Positions 36,499-50,984 of a DNA stretch of 64,000 nt are shown in pieces (within the stretch, counting starts at the first letter, position 1; every line of letters begins with the position of its first letter). The stretch lies in the NCBI RefSeq assembly GCF_006345805.1, contig NC_043009.1, forward strand, positions 27,714,001 to 27,778,000, written 5' to 3'. Origin of the DNA: Octopus sinensis (Eukaryota). The notes below the pieces were generated by a model. That model was not told where the DNA came from, did no database searches, and saw only the letters and a list, made by a program, of their open reading frames with translations. A program made the translations under genes and the position numbers.

Positions 36499-38934
36499 CT
36501 CTCTCTCTCTCTATACATATATATATTTATATATACACACACACACATATATGCATATATATATATATATATGCATATACATGTACATGTATCTTCCTCT
36601 CTTTCTCTGTATACACACACACACACACACACATACACAGAGAACATGATTATTTCAGTTTCAACCTACTAAATCTCATCATAAAGTTTTTGTCAGTTAA
36701 TATTTTATAAGAATTAAAGTCTAATATAAATGCCATAGAAAACCATTAATGATTCTTATTGTCTTTTACAATAAGATACATTTTGTGGAGATTATAAATT
36801 CCTCAGTTGTACAAACATGCTTTTCATCAAACATCACTTCTAATCGCTTAGCTTTATGTTTATAATTTAGTGTCGACGTATTTGCATTATCGAGAAAAAA
36901 TATGATTTATTTTCATTAGGTTAGAGAAAAAGTATCTAACTCTTAGCGTAAAACTGAAGATTTTGAATGCAAAAAGAAATTTATTTGATTTCATGTCATT
37001 TTAGAATCTTTAAAATTGATAACAGGCAGCACATCAGGTTGCTGACTAACTTTATTGACAGTCGAAACCAGAAATAGGAATAATTGCAGTTCCGAAAGTA
37101 ACAAAAGCAAAATAAAAATTAAATAAAAAACCCAACCAGGAACTAAAAATAAAATATTGTCTTTCTATGATTGCTTTCGTCTTTTTAGCAATGAGAGATA
37201 GACTCTAGGAAAGAGATGTGCTCAGTTGAAAAGTATTCATATTTTTATATTTGTTAGAGTTCCCTTAGAAAATAGAATGTTTCCATTTCATACCCATGCC
37301 AACATGTAAGAAGAAAATGCAGCCTCAGCAGCAGCAGCAGCAGCAGCAGCAGAATAGTAACTTGCTGATGATGAGAATGGGAAGGAATTTTTGCATGAAA
37401 AATGATAAAGAGTAGGAAATGGATGATGGAAACTTATGATATTTCATGTTTATAAATAAGTATTTTTATATCCTTTACATCAGATGCTTTGCATGGTAGC
37501 ACACAAGTATCATGTAGGATGCATGTGAAAAGAATAACCACATGAATATTTATCTGAATTTTCATATACTATTCCTATATATTTACATGAGTACTCATAG
37601 CTAATTTATCGAATAACATTCATGAAACGATGAATATATCAGTTATGAATCTTCTATAATACAACATAGATAATGTTTTGAAAGTAGTGTATAGTCACTG
37701 AATACAAAGAGGTAGAAGGAATTAAATCCACTGTGTGTTATTTGAGATAACAACTGAAATTTGGTACCTTTTCTTGAATAGAACAAAAGCATATTAAATA
37801 AGTAAAAGAGTATGCGAGACCAGCTCACTAAAAAAGTGAGTTAGTTTCATGTAGCTTACTAAGTGACTCTGGACTGAAGTTGAATTTGCTAGCTTTTATA
37901 ACTGTAAGCCATATTTTCTAGAACCTTCAACAAAGTGTGGGAAAATCACACACTTTGCTTAAAGTTCAAAGTATGGACCATAATACATCAGCCTGTATTG
38001 ATTGGCCTAGCCATATTTCTGATGACATTGATGTCTTTTATGGTGACACTTTTCCTTTTGTTATGGTTTAGAGCTGCTAGAGATGTAACATTTTGCCTCA
38101 TCCTTAGTGTGTTCCAACAACTCAAAAATGAAACAGTCTCCAGAGACTATAATTTTACTTAAATGGAGTAAACACTTTAGAAAAAAAGACTTCCAACCAG
38201 TGCCTTATTTTTGAGATGATTTCTCTCATAAATGCTTGAGAAAAAGGCTATCAATTAGTAGAATTAATAGATCATTAGATAAACTGCATTGCAGTATACA
38301 TTCTAGCTCTCTGTGATCTGAGTTCAAGACCCAGTTATGTCGATTTTGCCCTCCAGCTTTTCTGCAACTGATAAAGAAAGTATCATTCTAATACTGAGGT
38401 TTAGTGTTCTCTTTCTATCTGTTTCTCTCTGGATTGTATTATCTGTAAGTCAAAGGTGAGGTCATGTCACATTGTATCACACCGATCCTACTTGTGAACA
38501 TTAAGATACATATATATGTGACTCTGGAATATTCAACCAGCCACATGTCCATTTCTTAATTAAAGATTCAGCTGTTTGAACCACTGGATGCTTACTGTGA
38601 AGAGCCACAGAAAAAAACACGACTACAAAATACTCTCGGATTTTCACAGAATATCCGGCTTTCAATAAACAACTAGAAATATTGGAGCCAGATATTTGTG
38701 TGTGTGTGTGGGTGTGTGTGTGTGTATAAGTAGTATTGTAGTAGACAGGTCAAAAATGGAGATGAGACTATCAATATTATAAATGTTATCAATTAATGCT
38801 GATGCCTTTGAATATATATATATATATATATATATACATACATATATATATACACACACCTATACATATACATACATAAATATATACATATAAATACATA
38901 CATACACACATTTATATATATATATATATTTATG

Positions 38935-38965
<31 letters not shown>

Positions 38966-39698
38966 ATCCATACATTTATGTGTGTGTATATATATACATA
39001 TATATACACACACATATGTTGATAGATAGATAGATGGAAAGATAAATATAGTTATACACATGCACACACATACACATAATAAAACAATGAGAAAAAATGA
39101 CTGTATCCTTCTGAGATGGCTCTCTCATGAAGCTAATCTATAGTGGTCTTGTTCTATATATATACATCCTGCTGTATGTTAAATAAAATGGTGATGGTAT
39201 ATTTTTTACTATATAGACAATGTAAATCTATTTCTTTCACTACACTGTCTTCTACCTTTTTTTTCTTAAGTTTTGTTTTTTATATATATTTCTTCAATTG
39301 AAAAATATAGAAACATATATATTATTCCTATTCTTCTTTGTGGCAATAATATATTATAAAGGATGACACAGTTTGAATAAATCCGCATATTGATCACAAG
39401 AAGGAAGACATTGTATATTGTTGTGCATGTTTGGAAGGGTGGTGCCGAAATTGTGATACGTTTCAGTTATTAATTCAAAGTATATCAAGTTTTTCAGTTG
39501 TTTAGGTAGGCACTTGGTAACAAGTCTGCTTTACAACCCTGTGGTTTCAGGTTCAGTCCCATTATGCAACTCTGTGGTCAAGTGTCTTTTTCTATAGCAA
39601 CCTCAGCCCAACCGATGCCTCTTCAATTAATTTGATAGATGAAAAACTGTATAGAAGCTCATTGGACACACACACACACACATACACGTATGTACATG

Positions 39699-39917
39699 GG
39701 TACTAGGACAAAATCCACCCCTTCCAGACAAAATCCCCCACTGGACAAAATCCCCCACCAGACAAAATTCCCCCCAGTTGTTAATATCCCTCAGGATATT
39801 GTTCTTTCTTTACAATAGAAGTATTTTAGGAAAGGGAAATTTTATGAAAAGATTTTTAATATTTATTAGTAGATATTTTTGTTTAAAATTTATCTGGGGG
39901 GATTTTGTCTTGATACC
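39699..39917. mobile_element. MULE/MuDR-like MITE with subterminal GACAAAATCCCCC repeats
   Basis: TIRs GGTACTAGGACAAAATCC / GGATTTTGTCTTGATACC; perfect 9-bp TSD ATGTACATG (39690-39698, 39918-39926). Confidence 0.85.
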
Positions 39918-39966
39918 ATGTACATGTATATCTGTATATTTATATGGATGAATATATGTATACATG

Positions 39967-40116
39967 TACATTATTTACATTATTTACATTTGACAGATAT
40001 TTGTCCTCATCTTGTTTGTTGTGAACACAATGTTTCAACTGATATACCCTCCAGCCTTCATCAGGTGTCTTGGGGAAATTTCGAACCTGGGTTCTCATTC
40101 CTAAGGTATTTTTCGA

Positions 40117-40191
<75 letters not shown>

Positions 40192-40290
40192 TATTATTAT
40201 TATTCAGGTCACTGCCTGGAATCGAACTTGGAATCTTGGGGTTAGTAGCCTGCACTCTTAGCCATTGCGCCATATGCCTGTGGGCATATA
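39967..40290 (-). mobile_element. tRNA-headed SINE-like element with internal (TAA)n and a hammerhead-containing 3' region
   Basis: A-box TGGCGCAATGG (40272-40262), B-box GTTCGATTCC (40227-40218), (TAA)n, hammerhead motif at 40069-40024, tail (ATGTAAATA)x2. Confidence 0.75.
40024..40069 (-). ncRNA. Minimal type I hammerhead-like motif
   Basis: GACAC-CTGATGA-A-GGCTG(10 nt)CAGTT-GAAA-CA-TT-GTGTT; canonical core; departures from perfect pairing are C>T and G>A transitions. Confidence 0.65.
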
Positions 40291-41412
40291 GAACTGTATG
40301 TATACATGAGTCTGTGCCTGTTTGTATTAGTTCTTCTCTCTCACTCACAACCAATGTTGGTTTGATTACATCTCCACAATGTAACAGTTCAGCTCAAGAT
40401 ACCAGTAGAAACGTAATAGGTACCAGACAGAAAAACAACAACACCAACAAATGCAGGGGTCAATTTGTTTGAGTAACCTCTTCAAGATAATGCCCCAGCA
40501 CAGGTCTCAATGACTGAAACACGTAAAAGAATAAGAGAATGAAAGAATAAAAGAATAATTTATTAGAAACAGAATAGATGTTAGGATTGCTGTTGTAGAA
40601 GAGGTGAGAGTGGGTTCTACATTAATTTCAGATTTAATTTTAATATCCGAGGCTGTTAGGCTTCGTCACTGAAGCATAAATATGAGAGCATTTACTGAAG
40701 TGGTGATGAAAGAATCACTAAATAGATGCATAGTAATGTACATGAGTAGGCGAAGGAAATTAGCATATTCAAAATAATGTAACATATTTAAAAAAAAGTA
40801 ATTAACTGAAGCTAATTACTCGATGATGGCATCTGCATGAAAAACAGTCGTTAAGTTAGTATTAACATATTTAATGTAATGACTATAAAAAAAAATTCGT
40901 ATTAGAAATAATTATGCAGTGAAAATAAAGTGTGTTGTCCAGTGGTTAGAGTGTTTGGATCATGGTCCTATGTTTGAGAGTTCCATTCCTGGACTGAGGA
41001 GTGCAGTTGAGCAAGTTATTTTTTCTCTATGAGCATGGGTGGGGATGCATAGTTAAGAAGTTTGCATTACAACCACATGATCTTGGTTGCAATGCCCATG
41101 GTTGCAGGTTCAGTTTCATTCTGTAGCACCTTCATCAACTGTCTTCTACCATAGACCCAGGCTTGACGAATGCCTTATGAGTAAATTTGGCCCATGGAAA
41201 CTGTGTAGAAGCCTATCATTTTCCTCATTCCAACGAAGTGTCATACTTGGAATGTCATTTCCACTACTATTTTTACCATCTATAACTTTCACTGAGCATC
41301 GATCTAATATATTCACTGTGTACATCCAATTGACTTTTGTTGTTTTTTCTTGTTTTGTATTTTTTACTTGCCTCTGTGTGTCTGTATGCATGTGTATATG
41401 TGTGCATACATG

Positions 41413-41647
41413 TATTTCTTTACTACCCACAAGGGGCTAAACATAGAGGGGACAAACAAGGACAGTCAAAGGGATTAAGTCGATTACATCGACCCCAGTG
41501 CGTGACTGGTACTTAATTTATCGACCCCAAAAGGATGAAAGGCAAAGTTGACCTCGGCAGAATTTGAACCCAGAACACGTGACAGCAGACGAAATACGGC
41601 TACGCATTTCGCCCGACGTGCTAACGATTCTGCCAGCTCGCTCGCCT
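41413..41647 (-). mobile_element. Young full-length family A SINE (tail type 2)
   Basis: CpG-rich and near-consensus: minus strand GGCGAGCGAGCTGGCAGAATCGTTAGCACGTCGGGCGAAATGCG... Confidence 0.9.
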
Positions 41648-42540
41648 TTATGCACACATGTATGTGTGCATACATGTGTGTGTATATGTGTACTTATGTA
41701 TGTATATGCGAGCATGCATGTGTATGTGTGCATGCATGTGTGTATATGTGTACGTATGTATATATATATAGAATAAAATACAAAATGGGACAAGAACGCA
41801 AAACATCCGGACAACTAAGTGATACAAAAGGGGACAACAAAACATCCAGATAGACGATACAAAAAAACACGGACAGGTCATTCGAATCCCTTAATCTTCA
41901 GTCAAGAACTGGATCATCTTCGCAACTTCGGCTGGTCTGTGTGTGTGTATATGTGTGTATGTATTTATGTGTGTATATATGTGTGTAAATGTGTACCTAT
42001 GTATGTATGTATGTATGTGGGTGTGCATGCATATGTGTACATGTGTATGTATGTATGTATATGTGTGTGTGTTTGTGTGTGTGTATGTGTGTGTGTGTGT
42101 ATGTGCCTTTTGTCTTTGTTTCCACCACCGCTTGCCAACTGGTGTTGATTTTTGTTTACACCCCCATGACTTAGTGGTTTGGCAAAAGAGACTAACAGAA
42201 GTGCCAGATTAGAAAATATGCATTGAGTTTGATTTGTTCAACTAAATCCTTTTCTGCGCAGTATTCCCCAGCATAGCAGCAGTCCAGTGAGTGAAACAAT
42301 TAAAAGATAAAAGATTACTTCAGTCTACACAGCTGTCACATCTTGGATGCTCCACCAAGTCAAGGGTGAGAGTGAGCCAAGAAAGATGTATACTTGTTTT
42401 TGGCTACATAAACGTCTAAAAACAATTGGTGAAAGCATGTTATATGCTACCAAGTCAAACCGCCATGATAATGGCGATCGTCATAGTGGAGCAGAGAGGG
42501 AAAGATAATATTAGCTCCATAATGAGATATCATTTTAATC

Positions 42541-42585
42541 ATGTTGGGTATGTTTCAGTCTTATTAGACCTCCTCAGTAAAACAT
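42541..42585 (-). ncRNA. Minimal hammerhead-like motif
   Basis: CTGAGGA-GGTCT(AATA)AGACT-GAAA-CA-TA; stem I only distal (ATGTT/AACAT). Confidence 0.45.
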
Positions 42586-43397
42586 AGACTTCATTGTAGG
42601 TATTGAAGTAGTAACAAGAGAAACAGTAAGTGGATGTACAGTATTGATAACATCTAATTTACTCAGGTTTGCCTTCCACACAAAAAAAGCAACAGTTAAG
42701 TTAGTGCTCATACATTATCATTAACATAGTTATTCACCAACATATTTAAATATCTGTCTTTCATGCCATTACTTCAATGATTTTTGTTTTTTGGAGCAAG
42801 TTCATCATGTACCATCTTCACACAGACATTTCCATTCCAGTTCTGCCACTTCGTGTCAATGTCTGTATTATGTCTATTCCTCAGATTCCCCACTAATTAT
42901 AATCAGTCCTTACTCTACAAAATTTCGGTTCTCTAGAATTCCCTATCTGTCTTCATTTTCCTTGCTACCATCAACCTACATTATTGAAGAGGGAAGATTA
43001 TCTGCATCAATCTCATCAATTTGAAAAGGCCAGCAAAAGCAATGGGCTCAAGCATTCTTCTTCCACTGACCAAAGTTAAATAATGTAAATGGGAAAAAAC
43101 ACAAATAATAAAAACCAACAAAAAACCCAAAACGAAGCAAATTTATATCTATTAATTTGAAATCAAACTTAATTTATTTTTCTCTATTCAGAGACAATGT
43201 ATCAAGGACGACTTCATACAATCTGTCATTTCTTTTGAGGTAGATGTGGCTACCATTTCTGTTAAGTCGTGCATCAGTTTAGTGTGGTGTCAGTTAATAC
43301 CAGCTCAGCCATATTGAAAGGCCATATTATCAAAGGCATACCAACGGTGACCAAACCGTTCTTTCTTTTCCTTTTTTCCTTTCGTTTGCTGTTGTTG

Positions 43398-43500
43398 TGG
43401 CATTTGACAGTTGATTTATGTCTCAAAGCTTGTTGATCGTTACCCAAGAGATTACAAAACGTGTTTGGTGGCAGAAGGTGGTGCACATTTTGAATATTTG
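43398..43500 (+). mobile_element. Decayed Tc1-family transposase C-terminus
   Basis: With frameshifts it reads W-LTVDLC/KLVDRYP/RLQNV/LVAEGGAHFEY, resembling the Tc1 ending W..I....C.KLV..Y.KRL..V..A.GG...Y. Confidence 0.5.
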
Positions 43501-43929
43501 AATCAAATACAGCAGTTTTTTTTTGATGTTTTATTAATAAAAATTATAGTATTTGCATAAAAGTCTTCAACTTTTCGTTTTTGTTAGCTCTTGGCTTATG
43601 GCAGATACTTTAGCAAAACAAGACACCATCGGCAAGGAAGGAAAAGGAAAAGAAAGAACAGGAGAAAGAACGAGAGTGGGATAGAGAGTGAAAGAGAGAG
43701 AGAAAGAGAAGAGCAAGGGAGGAAAAAAGAAATATAAAGTTAACAATTGACTTCAACAGAAACGGTGCTTTTGATCATAAGTCTGCTCTATCAGGTTTGA
43801 CCCGAGGTTAAGCAACAAAAACGGCAATGCCAAATACAGTCAAGTAGATTATCAGTGACCAGGTCAGAGACGTAAGATGAAAGACTTTGATACCTTATAA
43901 TATATAATAGTCTTGTAGTAGTAGTAGTA

Positions 43930-43998
<69 letters not shown>

Positions 43999-44529
43999 CA
44001 ACAACAATAATAAATATAATAATAATAATGTACTAAATGGGAATGTAACTGTGTTTATGTGTTTTAATAACTATGCTGAATCTACCACAAAGCTGTACAT
44101 TACATACAACATATATACGTGTGTATGTGTGTGTGTGTAATACATGGTTGAATACTCTAAATAAAGTTGCTAGCCCCGCAAAATCTTTTGTTGCTATAGA
44201 AAAATTTATATGTTAAGAAATGACAAGAGAAAGTTATAAGGTTTCATTGGCGATACATTGAAAGGTTTGCTGAAGTATTTTAGTTATACGATTTTGTGTG
44301 TAAAACTTCACAGAAAGAAAAGCTGGAGGACTTTGCAGTTCAGTAAAAGCATACTTAAAAAATATATATAATAAAGAATAAGTTAAACAGAGTTAATAAG
44401 AAGAAATTGAAAAAGTTGCTTATATATTTTGAAATATTATAGATGGTTATATTTTCATTCTGAGAAGACAATCACTAATACATTTGAAACAGCTGTAGAA
44501 ATTCAGATACAAGCTTCTTTTCAAAGGGA

Positions 44530-44912
44530 AATATAAGAAGTTTGCTTCCCAACCACATGGTTCGAGGTTCAGTCCCACCATATGGTACCTTGGGGAAGTG
44601 TCTTCCACTATAACCTTAGACTAAAGTAGAAGACATTACTAGTCTTGTGAGTGGATTTGGTTGATGGAAACTGAAAGAAGCCTGTCATATATGTATATGT
44701 GTGTGTCTTTGTGCCTGTGTTCCCCACCACTGTTTGACAACCAGTATTAGTTCGTTTATGTTCCTATAACTTTGAGGTCTGTCAAAAGAGACCAATTATA
44801 TAAGCACCAAGCTTAAAACAATACTAGGTGGGAGTTAATTCATTCAACTAAAAATTCTTCAAGGTGATGCTCCAGCTTGGCCAGAGCCTTATGACTGAAA
44901 CAAGTAAAAGGT
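44530..44912 (+). mobile_element. SINE family B copy
   Basis: AAGTTTGCTTCCCAACCACATGGTTCGAGGTTCAGTCCCAC...GGAAACTGAAAGAAGCC...TGACTGAAACAAGTAAAAG. Confidence 0.85.
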
Positions 44913-44937
44913 AACAGAGAAAAGCTACCTTCCTATG

Positions 44938-45089
44938 CATTAGCATAGCTAGTGTGTGCCTCCCAGGTCGGCCCTTCCATTTGCTTCTCCCAGACCCCAC
45001 AAAAACATATTGCCTACAGCAGACCCAAAAGTGTCACCCCTTTAAAAGTGCCACCCGGGTGCAGACCACCCCCACCAGCTACACTAGTG
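44938..45089. mobile_element. hAT-like MITE
   Basis: Perfect 8-bp TSD TTCCTATG (44930-44937, 45090-45097); imperfect TIRs CATTAGCATAGCT / AGCTACACTAGTG. Confidence 0.75.
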
Positions 45090-46147
45090 TTCCTATGACA
45101 TTCCGTGTGGAATACTAATATTGTTTCAAATTATGGCACACGGCCAGCATTTTTGGGTGGTGGAAGTGGGGGGTGGGTGGCAGTAAACCAAATACGACTC
45201 CAGTACTCGACTGGTATCTTATATTACTGAGTCCCAATATGATGTAGGGCAAAGTTGACCTCAGCAGGATTTGAATTCAAATATAATTCATACGATACAC
45301 TAATGATTCTGCCAGCTCAAGTGACATTCGTATGTCAGAAAAATGCATATTTGCATTACAGAGCATGTATGCAAGTGCACATTTATGAAGCCCCCAGAGA
45401 CATACAACATCCATGACATCACAGTTATCGTCAAGATAACAGAACATCAAGTATTTGAGATTTAAGAAAGCTATTTTCATTAATAAATTGAATCCATCTA
45501 TGAACAATAGTCCTAAACTGCATGAAGTGGGTTGGCTATTTTAACAATACTAGTCAGCACATGTAACAATCATCTCCTTGCATATATCTGAGTAAAAGAT
45601 ATCAGCATGTAGCCATTCTCCATTTTCTCTCGATAAAGGGGTTTTGATCCTGAGATATTGAAATATAGGGTAAAGTGTAAACTGTTGTTTTGTCTTCCTT
45701 GCTTCTTATTTCACTTTTCCATTTCCAATTTCCATTGTCTTGGAATTTAAGAATCTTATAACAACTGCAATCACGTGATACTTCATTCAAACTACACTGT
45801 CATCATTGCTGTCATCCTCAACATTATCGTCATAGTTGTCCTCATCGTCGTCGCCATTGTTGTTGTCAATATCATCATCATCATCATCATCACTTTTGTA
45901 TTACGTCCAGTTTCCATGCTTGCATGGGTCAAATGGAACTTCTTGAGACAGATTTTCTATTGCTGGATGGATGGATGCACTTACCACTGCCAACCCTTAT
46001 CTCATCTGTTTCCCAAGTGAGACAATATACCCCCTCCTTGGCCACACATTTTTCATGGAAGATTGGAAATGAGCAACAATGCTAATAAGGCTCTATGATA
46101 GGGATGCTCATTTGCAGTCATCACAGGAAGTCAAGTCAAAGCTGCAT

Positions 46148-46181
<34 letters not shown>

Positions 46182-47225
46182 TCACGCATACATAGAACAT
46201 ATACACATACAAATATATGGCAGGCTGCTTTTAGTTTCCATGTACCAAATTTACACATAAGGCTTTGATCAGCCCATGGCTATGCAACAAGAAATTTGCC
46301 TAAGGTACCATGCATCAGAATTGAACACAAGACCATGTGCTTATGGAGCTAGGTTCTTAACCACACAGCCACACCTGTCGCTATCACAGTCTGTAAATTA
46401 ACTTTAATTAAAACTATGTATGGTATTCATTAAAAGTAGAGCATCTCTTTGGAATAATTTACCAAAGATACTAAACTATGAGTTTCTGTTATAGATGGGT
46501 TAATCAAGTAGAATAATCTGAAAACCATTGGATATCATAACACGAAAAGCAGAGAAGGCCTACATAACTAAAGACAAAGGAAAAAAAAAAAAAACTCAGA
46601 AAGATATTTCTCATACGTCAAAGGTTAAATTCGAAGAGATAACATGCTGATGGCAAAAATGGTCTGGAAAGAGTTACCCTTAACAAAGGTCATTTTTGGT
46701 AGTTTAAAAGAAATAAACATACTGTGTGTAAGGTTGCTACAAGAGCAAACGTTGAAGTGTGGAAACTTCAAAAACATATAATATCGCAAGATAAGAGAAA
46801 AATGAAAATAACTGACATATCTTGCAGTGTTTATAACAGCAGAAGTACTTATTACTGATTAGTAATAAATATTGGCAATCAATACATGTTCTCAGCTCCA
46901 AACAACACTGATAAGGCTTAAACATACTCGGAGGAATAAATTTTGTCGAATAAATGAAAGATAAAACAAATACGTATGCATGCACGCACATACACACACA
47001 AACACACAGTCACACATGTGTATAATACTTGCACATACATACATATATACATACATATCTAAATATATATATATGTATATACATACATGATAACATATAT
47101 GTAAATCAGTGTGATCTATGTACGCAAACGTGTAAGTTTATAACAGACAGATGGACTTGTATAGGTGACTGTTAGTGGGTCTTTAAGTTGATGTTAACAT
47201 ATTTAGCCATTGTAGGTTTGTCTGT

Positions 47226-47258
<33 letters not shown>

Positions 47259-48922
47259 TGTGTGTATATATATATATATAAAACAAGAAAGATAGAGAGA
47301 GAGAGTGAAAGAAAAATGAGTAAAAGAATAAAGAAACCTATTTGTACGAAAAGAATTATCCCACATTGATAAAAGAGACTCTACAAGGTGACTCAGCATG
47401 CTAGATATTGCAGTCAAATCGTGCTGTAATCACACACTGCTGTTTTAGAAAAAAGGAAGTCATGTTGAATAATGGTGGTCCTCAATGCACACTGAATGAT
47501 AAAAAAGATAGCTGACATTGTTTAAATGCTGTTGATTCAATGGAGCGAGAAACAGAGAGGGAGAGGGGGAGAGAGAGAAAGATAGTGAGAGATAGATAGA
47601 TAGAAACACACTTACATACATACACACACACATACATATACATACATACACACATACATACCCACATATACATATATACCCACACATGCTGTTTAAGGTT
47701 ACATTTTTTACCCCCTTGACAGCCTCTCATCACTCATAACCCACTCATCACTCAACCCTCAATCATGGTCCCTTCTTATCACCCACCCCCACCATTTATT
47801 ACTCTCTGTGTTTATCTATCTCTTGCTATCCATCATTCTGTTGCTTCTAACCCTTGTAGTTTTGACATCACAATAGCATGCGCCCTGAACACTCTGCTAA
47901 GCGTAGGGTTGTGAGAATGCTTTGTTCTTGTTGAAGCTGTAACAACATCATCACCAGCGCTGGTACCATAAAAATGTTTAAAGTGGTTGGTGTTAGGAAG
48001 GGCATCTGCCCATTGAAATCATCCCCACCACACCACCATTCACAAATGACTCCTACTAGTGAGATATGGGCCTCTGAACCATCTAGAAGAGAAGAATATG
48101 ACCAAGTAGTCCATGCCAGTATGGAAAGGAGGTGTGAAACAACAGTGGTGATGGTCGTGGTGGTAATGGCAATGAGGATTATGATGATGATGATGATGAT
48201 GATGATTGCAATGGTTGAACCACACTTGCTGTTGCAATAGACGAAACTCTATGGTTGTGAAATGATGATCCATAGTGAACTGAAGATGTACAATTAAACA
48301 AATATAATTAACAAATTGAGCATGTGATTCTTGTTAGCATCTTTGTGGATGAGTATTCCACAGACATGTGTCCACTTAATGTAATTTTCTGGCAGAATTA
48401 GCATGACACAGTGATGAGGAGGGGTCTTAAAATCATAGGTCCAAAATCTCTTCATCAGGCTTCCATAGAGTTTCTATCAATCCAGTTTCACTCAAGGCTT
48501 GGCTTGGCCCATTGGTGTTGTAAAAACAGTTTTGCCAAATACCATACGGTGCAATTGGGCCCATGACCTTTTGATTGTGAAATGAACTTCCTAACCATTT
48601 TGCCATACTTGCATTCTCTTGAAAATATAAGAAATCTTTATAGATATATTCATACAACATTGATCAGAGAGGACATCAACCATGATATGCAGCAGGGCAC
48701 TCAATTCCAGCATCACATTACAAAACAGGTTCCACTTTACAAATTGGTAAGCATAGATGTGTACATGTGTGTGTGTGGGGGGGGGTGCTTGTGGGTGTGT
48801 GTGTAAAACTGTGTTGTCTCATAGATATCAATAAAAACAGCTTCCTACATTCAAAGAATTTTGTGATACTAGATGTTAAGATGCTGCAATATTTTTACAT
48901 GACGCACAGCAGAACCAAAAAG

Positions 48923-48958
<36 letters not shown>

Positions 48959-50984
48959 TACACACACATTTGATCACTCAGTAATTCTAGAGATTCAGAC
49001 ACAGAAACTAAATAAGCAATGCAAACCAAAACTATAAACCAATCTTTTAGAGAAAAATCCTTTCCATTATGAAATATTGGATATTTTACATTTATTCTTT
49101 AATGCATCATTTTAAATCTTCTCATGTAATTAAATGGAATAATTAATTTAAATTAAAAGCAATATTCATAACAACTGATAATTTTCAAAATGTCTTAATT
49201 TTATGTTAATGTTGGTATGAATATTTTTGTCAAGTAAGACATCTATAGATCTGCATGCATTCTATGAACCTTTGTAAACTGGTTTTGATGATATTTGGTT
49301 TTCTGGCATGACTGATGTATTGGAAAACATCATATAAATTAAATGCTATTGCTAAGCAAGTATTTCTTTATGTTGAGAATCAATCACATTAGTTTCTCAT
49401 CTTTTATACATTTATCAACCCCAGTGGTTAACCATTTTGCTTTTTAAGCAGAATCGGTGATCTTTTAATACTATGGAATTGTCCAGTAACTAATACGTCA
49501 TAAAGTATTACTATGTGGTACTATTTAGTTAGCTGTAGCTTGCATCTCTACTACTAGTTGAAACCTATTTAAGGCTATCTAAGCAAGCTAATTATATTGA
49601 AGTAAATGGCTGATGTAACTTGTCCAAATATGACCTCATTGTGAATTGATGTCAAGTTTATAATCACAATCATGTAACTAATGTGCATTTGTGTGTGGTA
49701 GTACTAATAATGTTACGAATGATAATTTTTGTAATAATAATAACAATAATAATAATAATAATGATAATGATGATGATGATAATGATGGTTATGATAATGA
49801 TTTTATGTATAGATAAAAATATAAATAAATATTTGGTTTGGGAATACAACTGATTCATAAATTTAGTTGGAATATCTACTAAATTAATTGGGTGGTAAAT
49901 AAAAAAAATAATCAATGCATTACACAAATTTTACAATATAGTCAGTTTTCTCTAATCATAAATAAATTAGGTTTTTTTTTAAATAGCAAAGAAGCATGAG
50001 GAGAATTTATTGATAATTCAAAAAAATGGTTGAACCAGCAAAAAAAACCCCAACTCAATTAATTTGTTTTGTCAACAACAACAACTAGCATCAACACCAG
50101 TTGGTGTGTTAAATCCTCAGCAGAGATCAAATGGGATTACCTGGAGGGGTAATCATAAATATATGAAAAAGCAAATAAATATTTACTTCTATTATGAGAT
50201 AAAACCCATTCAATAATGTTTTAAAGGAGAGTTTATAGAATCCCACAAGACTAATGGTTCAATATGTAATCTGATAATATTCACTCGAACCTAAATCTCA
50301 ATAAGCTTTCAGAAAAACAGGCTTGTATCACTGTTGTGTATTCAGATGATGTTTTCATTGGTTAATATATATTCTATTCAAATATTTTTGGAGAACATCT
50401 TTTACAACTATTTCAATAATTGAACAAAAGATTTCCCTGTATAAATATTCCATATGAAAGCAAATTTTATAAGAGTTACTTGAGTATAACAATCGTTATA
50501 TAATGGTATATACTACTACATTATGTATCAACAGAGTTAAATGTATGCCTCTATTTAAAATATTGCTAACCTGAATAGAAGATGATAAATTAAATAGGGA
50601 ATATAGATATAAATATATTATGTATTAATCTTAAGATTAGATTTTTAACTCTGAAATAAATTCAGTTGATACACATTCCAATATTTCATTTCCTATGCTT
50701 TGAACAGGAAGCAAAGCATAGTTTTAGAGGTTGTGTACAAAGAAAGAAAAAAACAAGTGTTATGTTTTGAACTATTTTCATTAAATCTATTGTTTGCAGA
50801 TTAAAAAGTTAATCTATTGTAAAATAGAAAGGAAAAAAAAAAACCTGCGCATTATTTAAAATTACTGAGTGAAGCAGTAACATTAGACATTTATGCACTA
50901 AATAAATTATTATTTGGTGCCAAGAAACAAATATTTAGTTGCAATCCAATGATATGGTGGACAGTCACTATGGAATGTACTTAC

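Noticed and set aside
41770-41940. Fifth hammerhead (minus-strand CTGAAGA...CGAA)
   Set aside because: No GAAA or stem II pairing; possibly a truncated Penelope-like fragment, but not supportable as a ribozyme.
48669-48747. Plus-strand exon ending TTG|GTAAGC
   Set aside because: No pyrimidine tract at the acceptor and no recognisable peptide.
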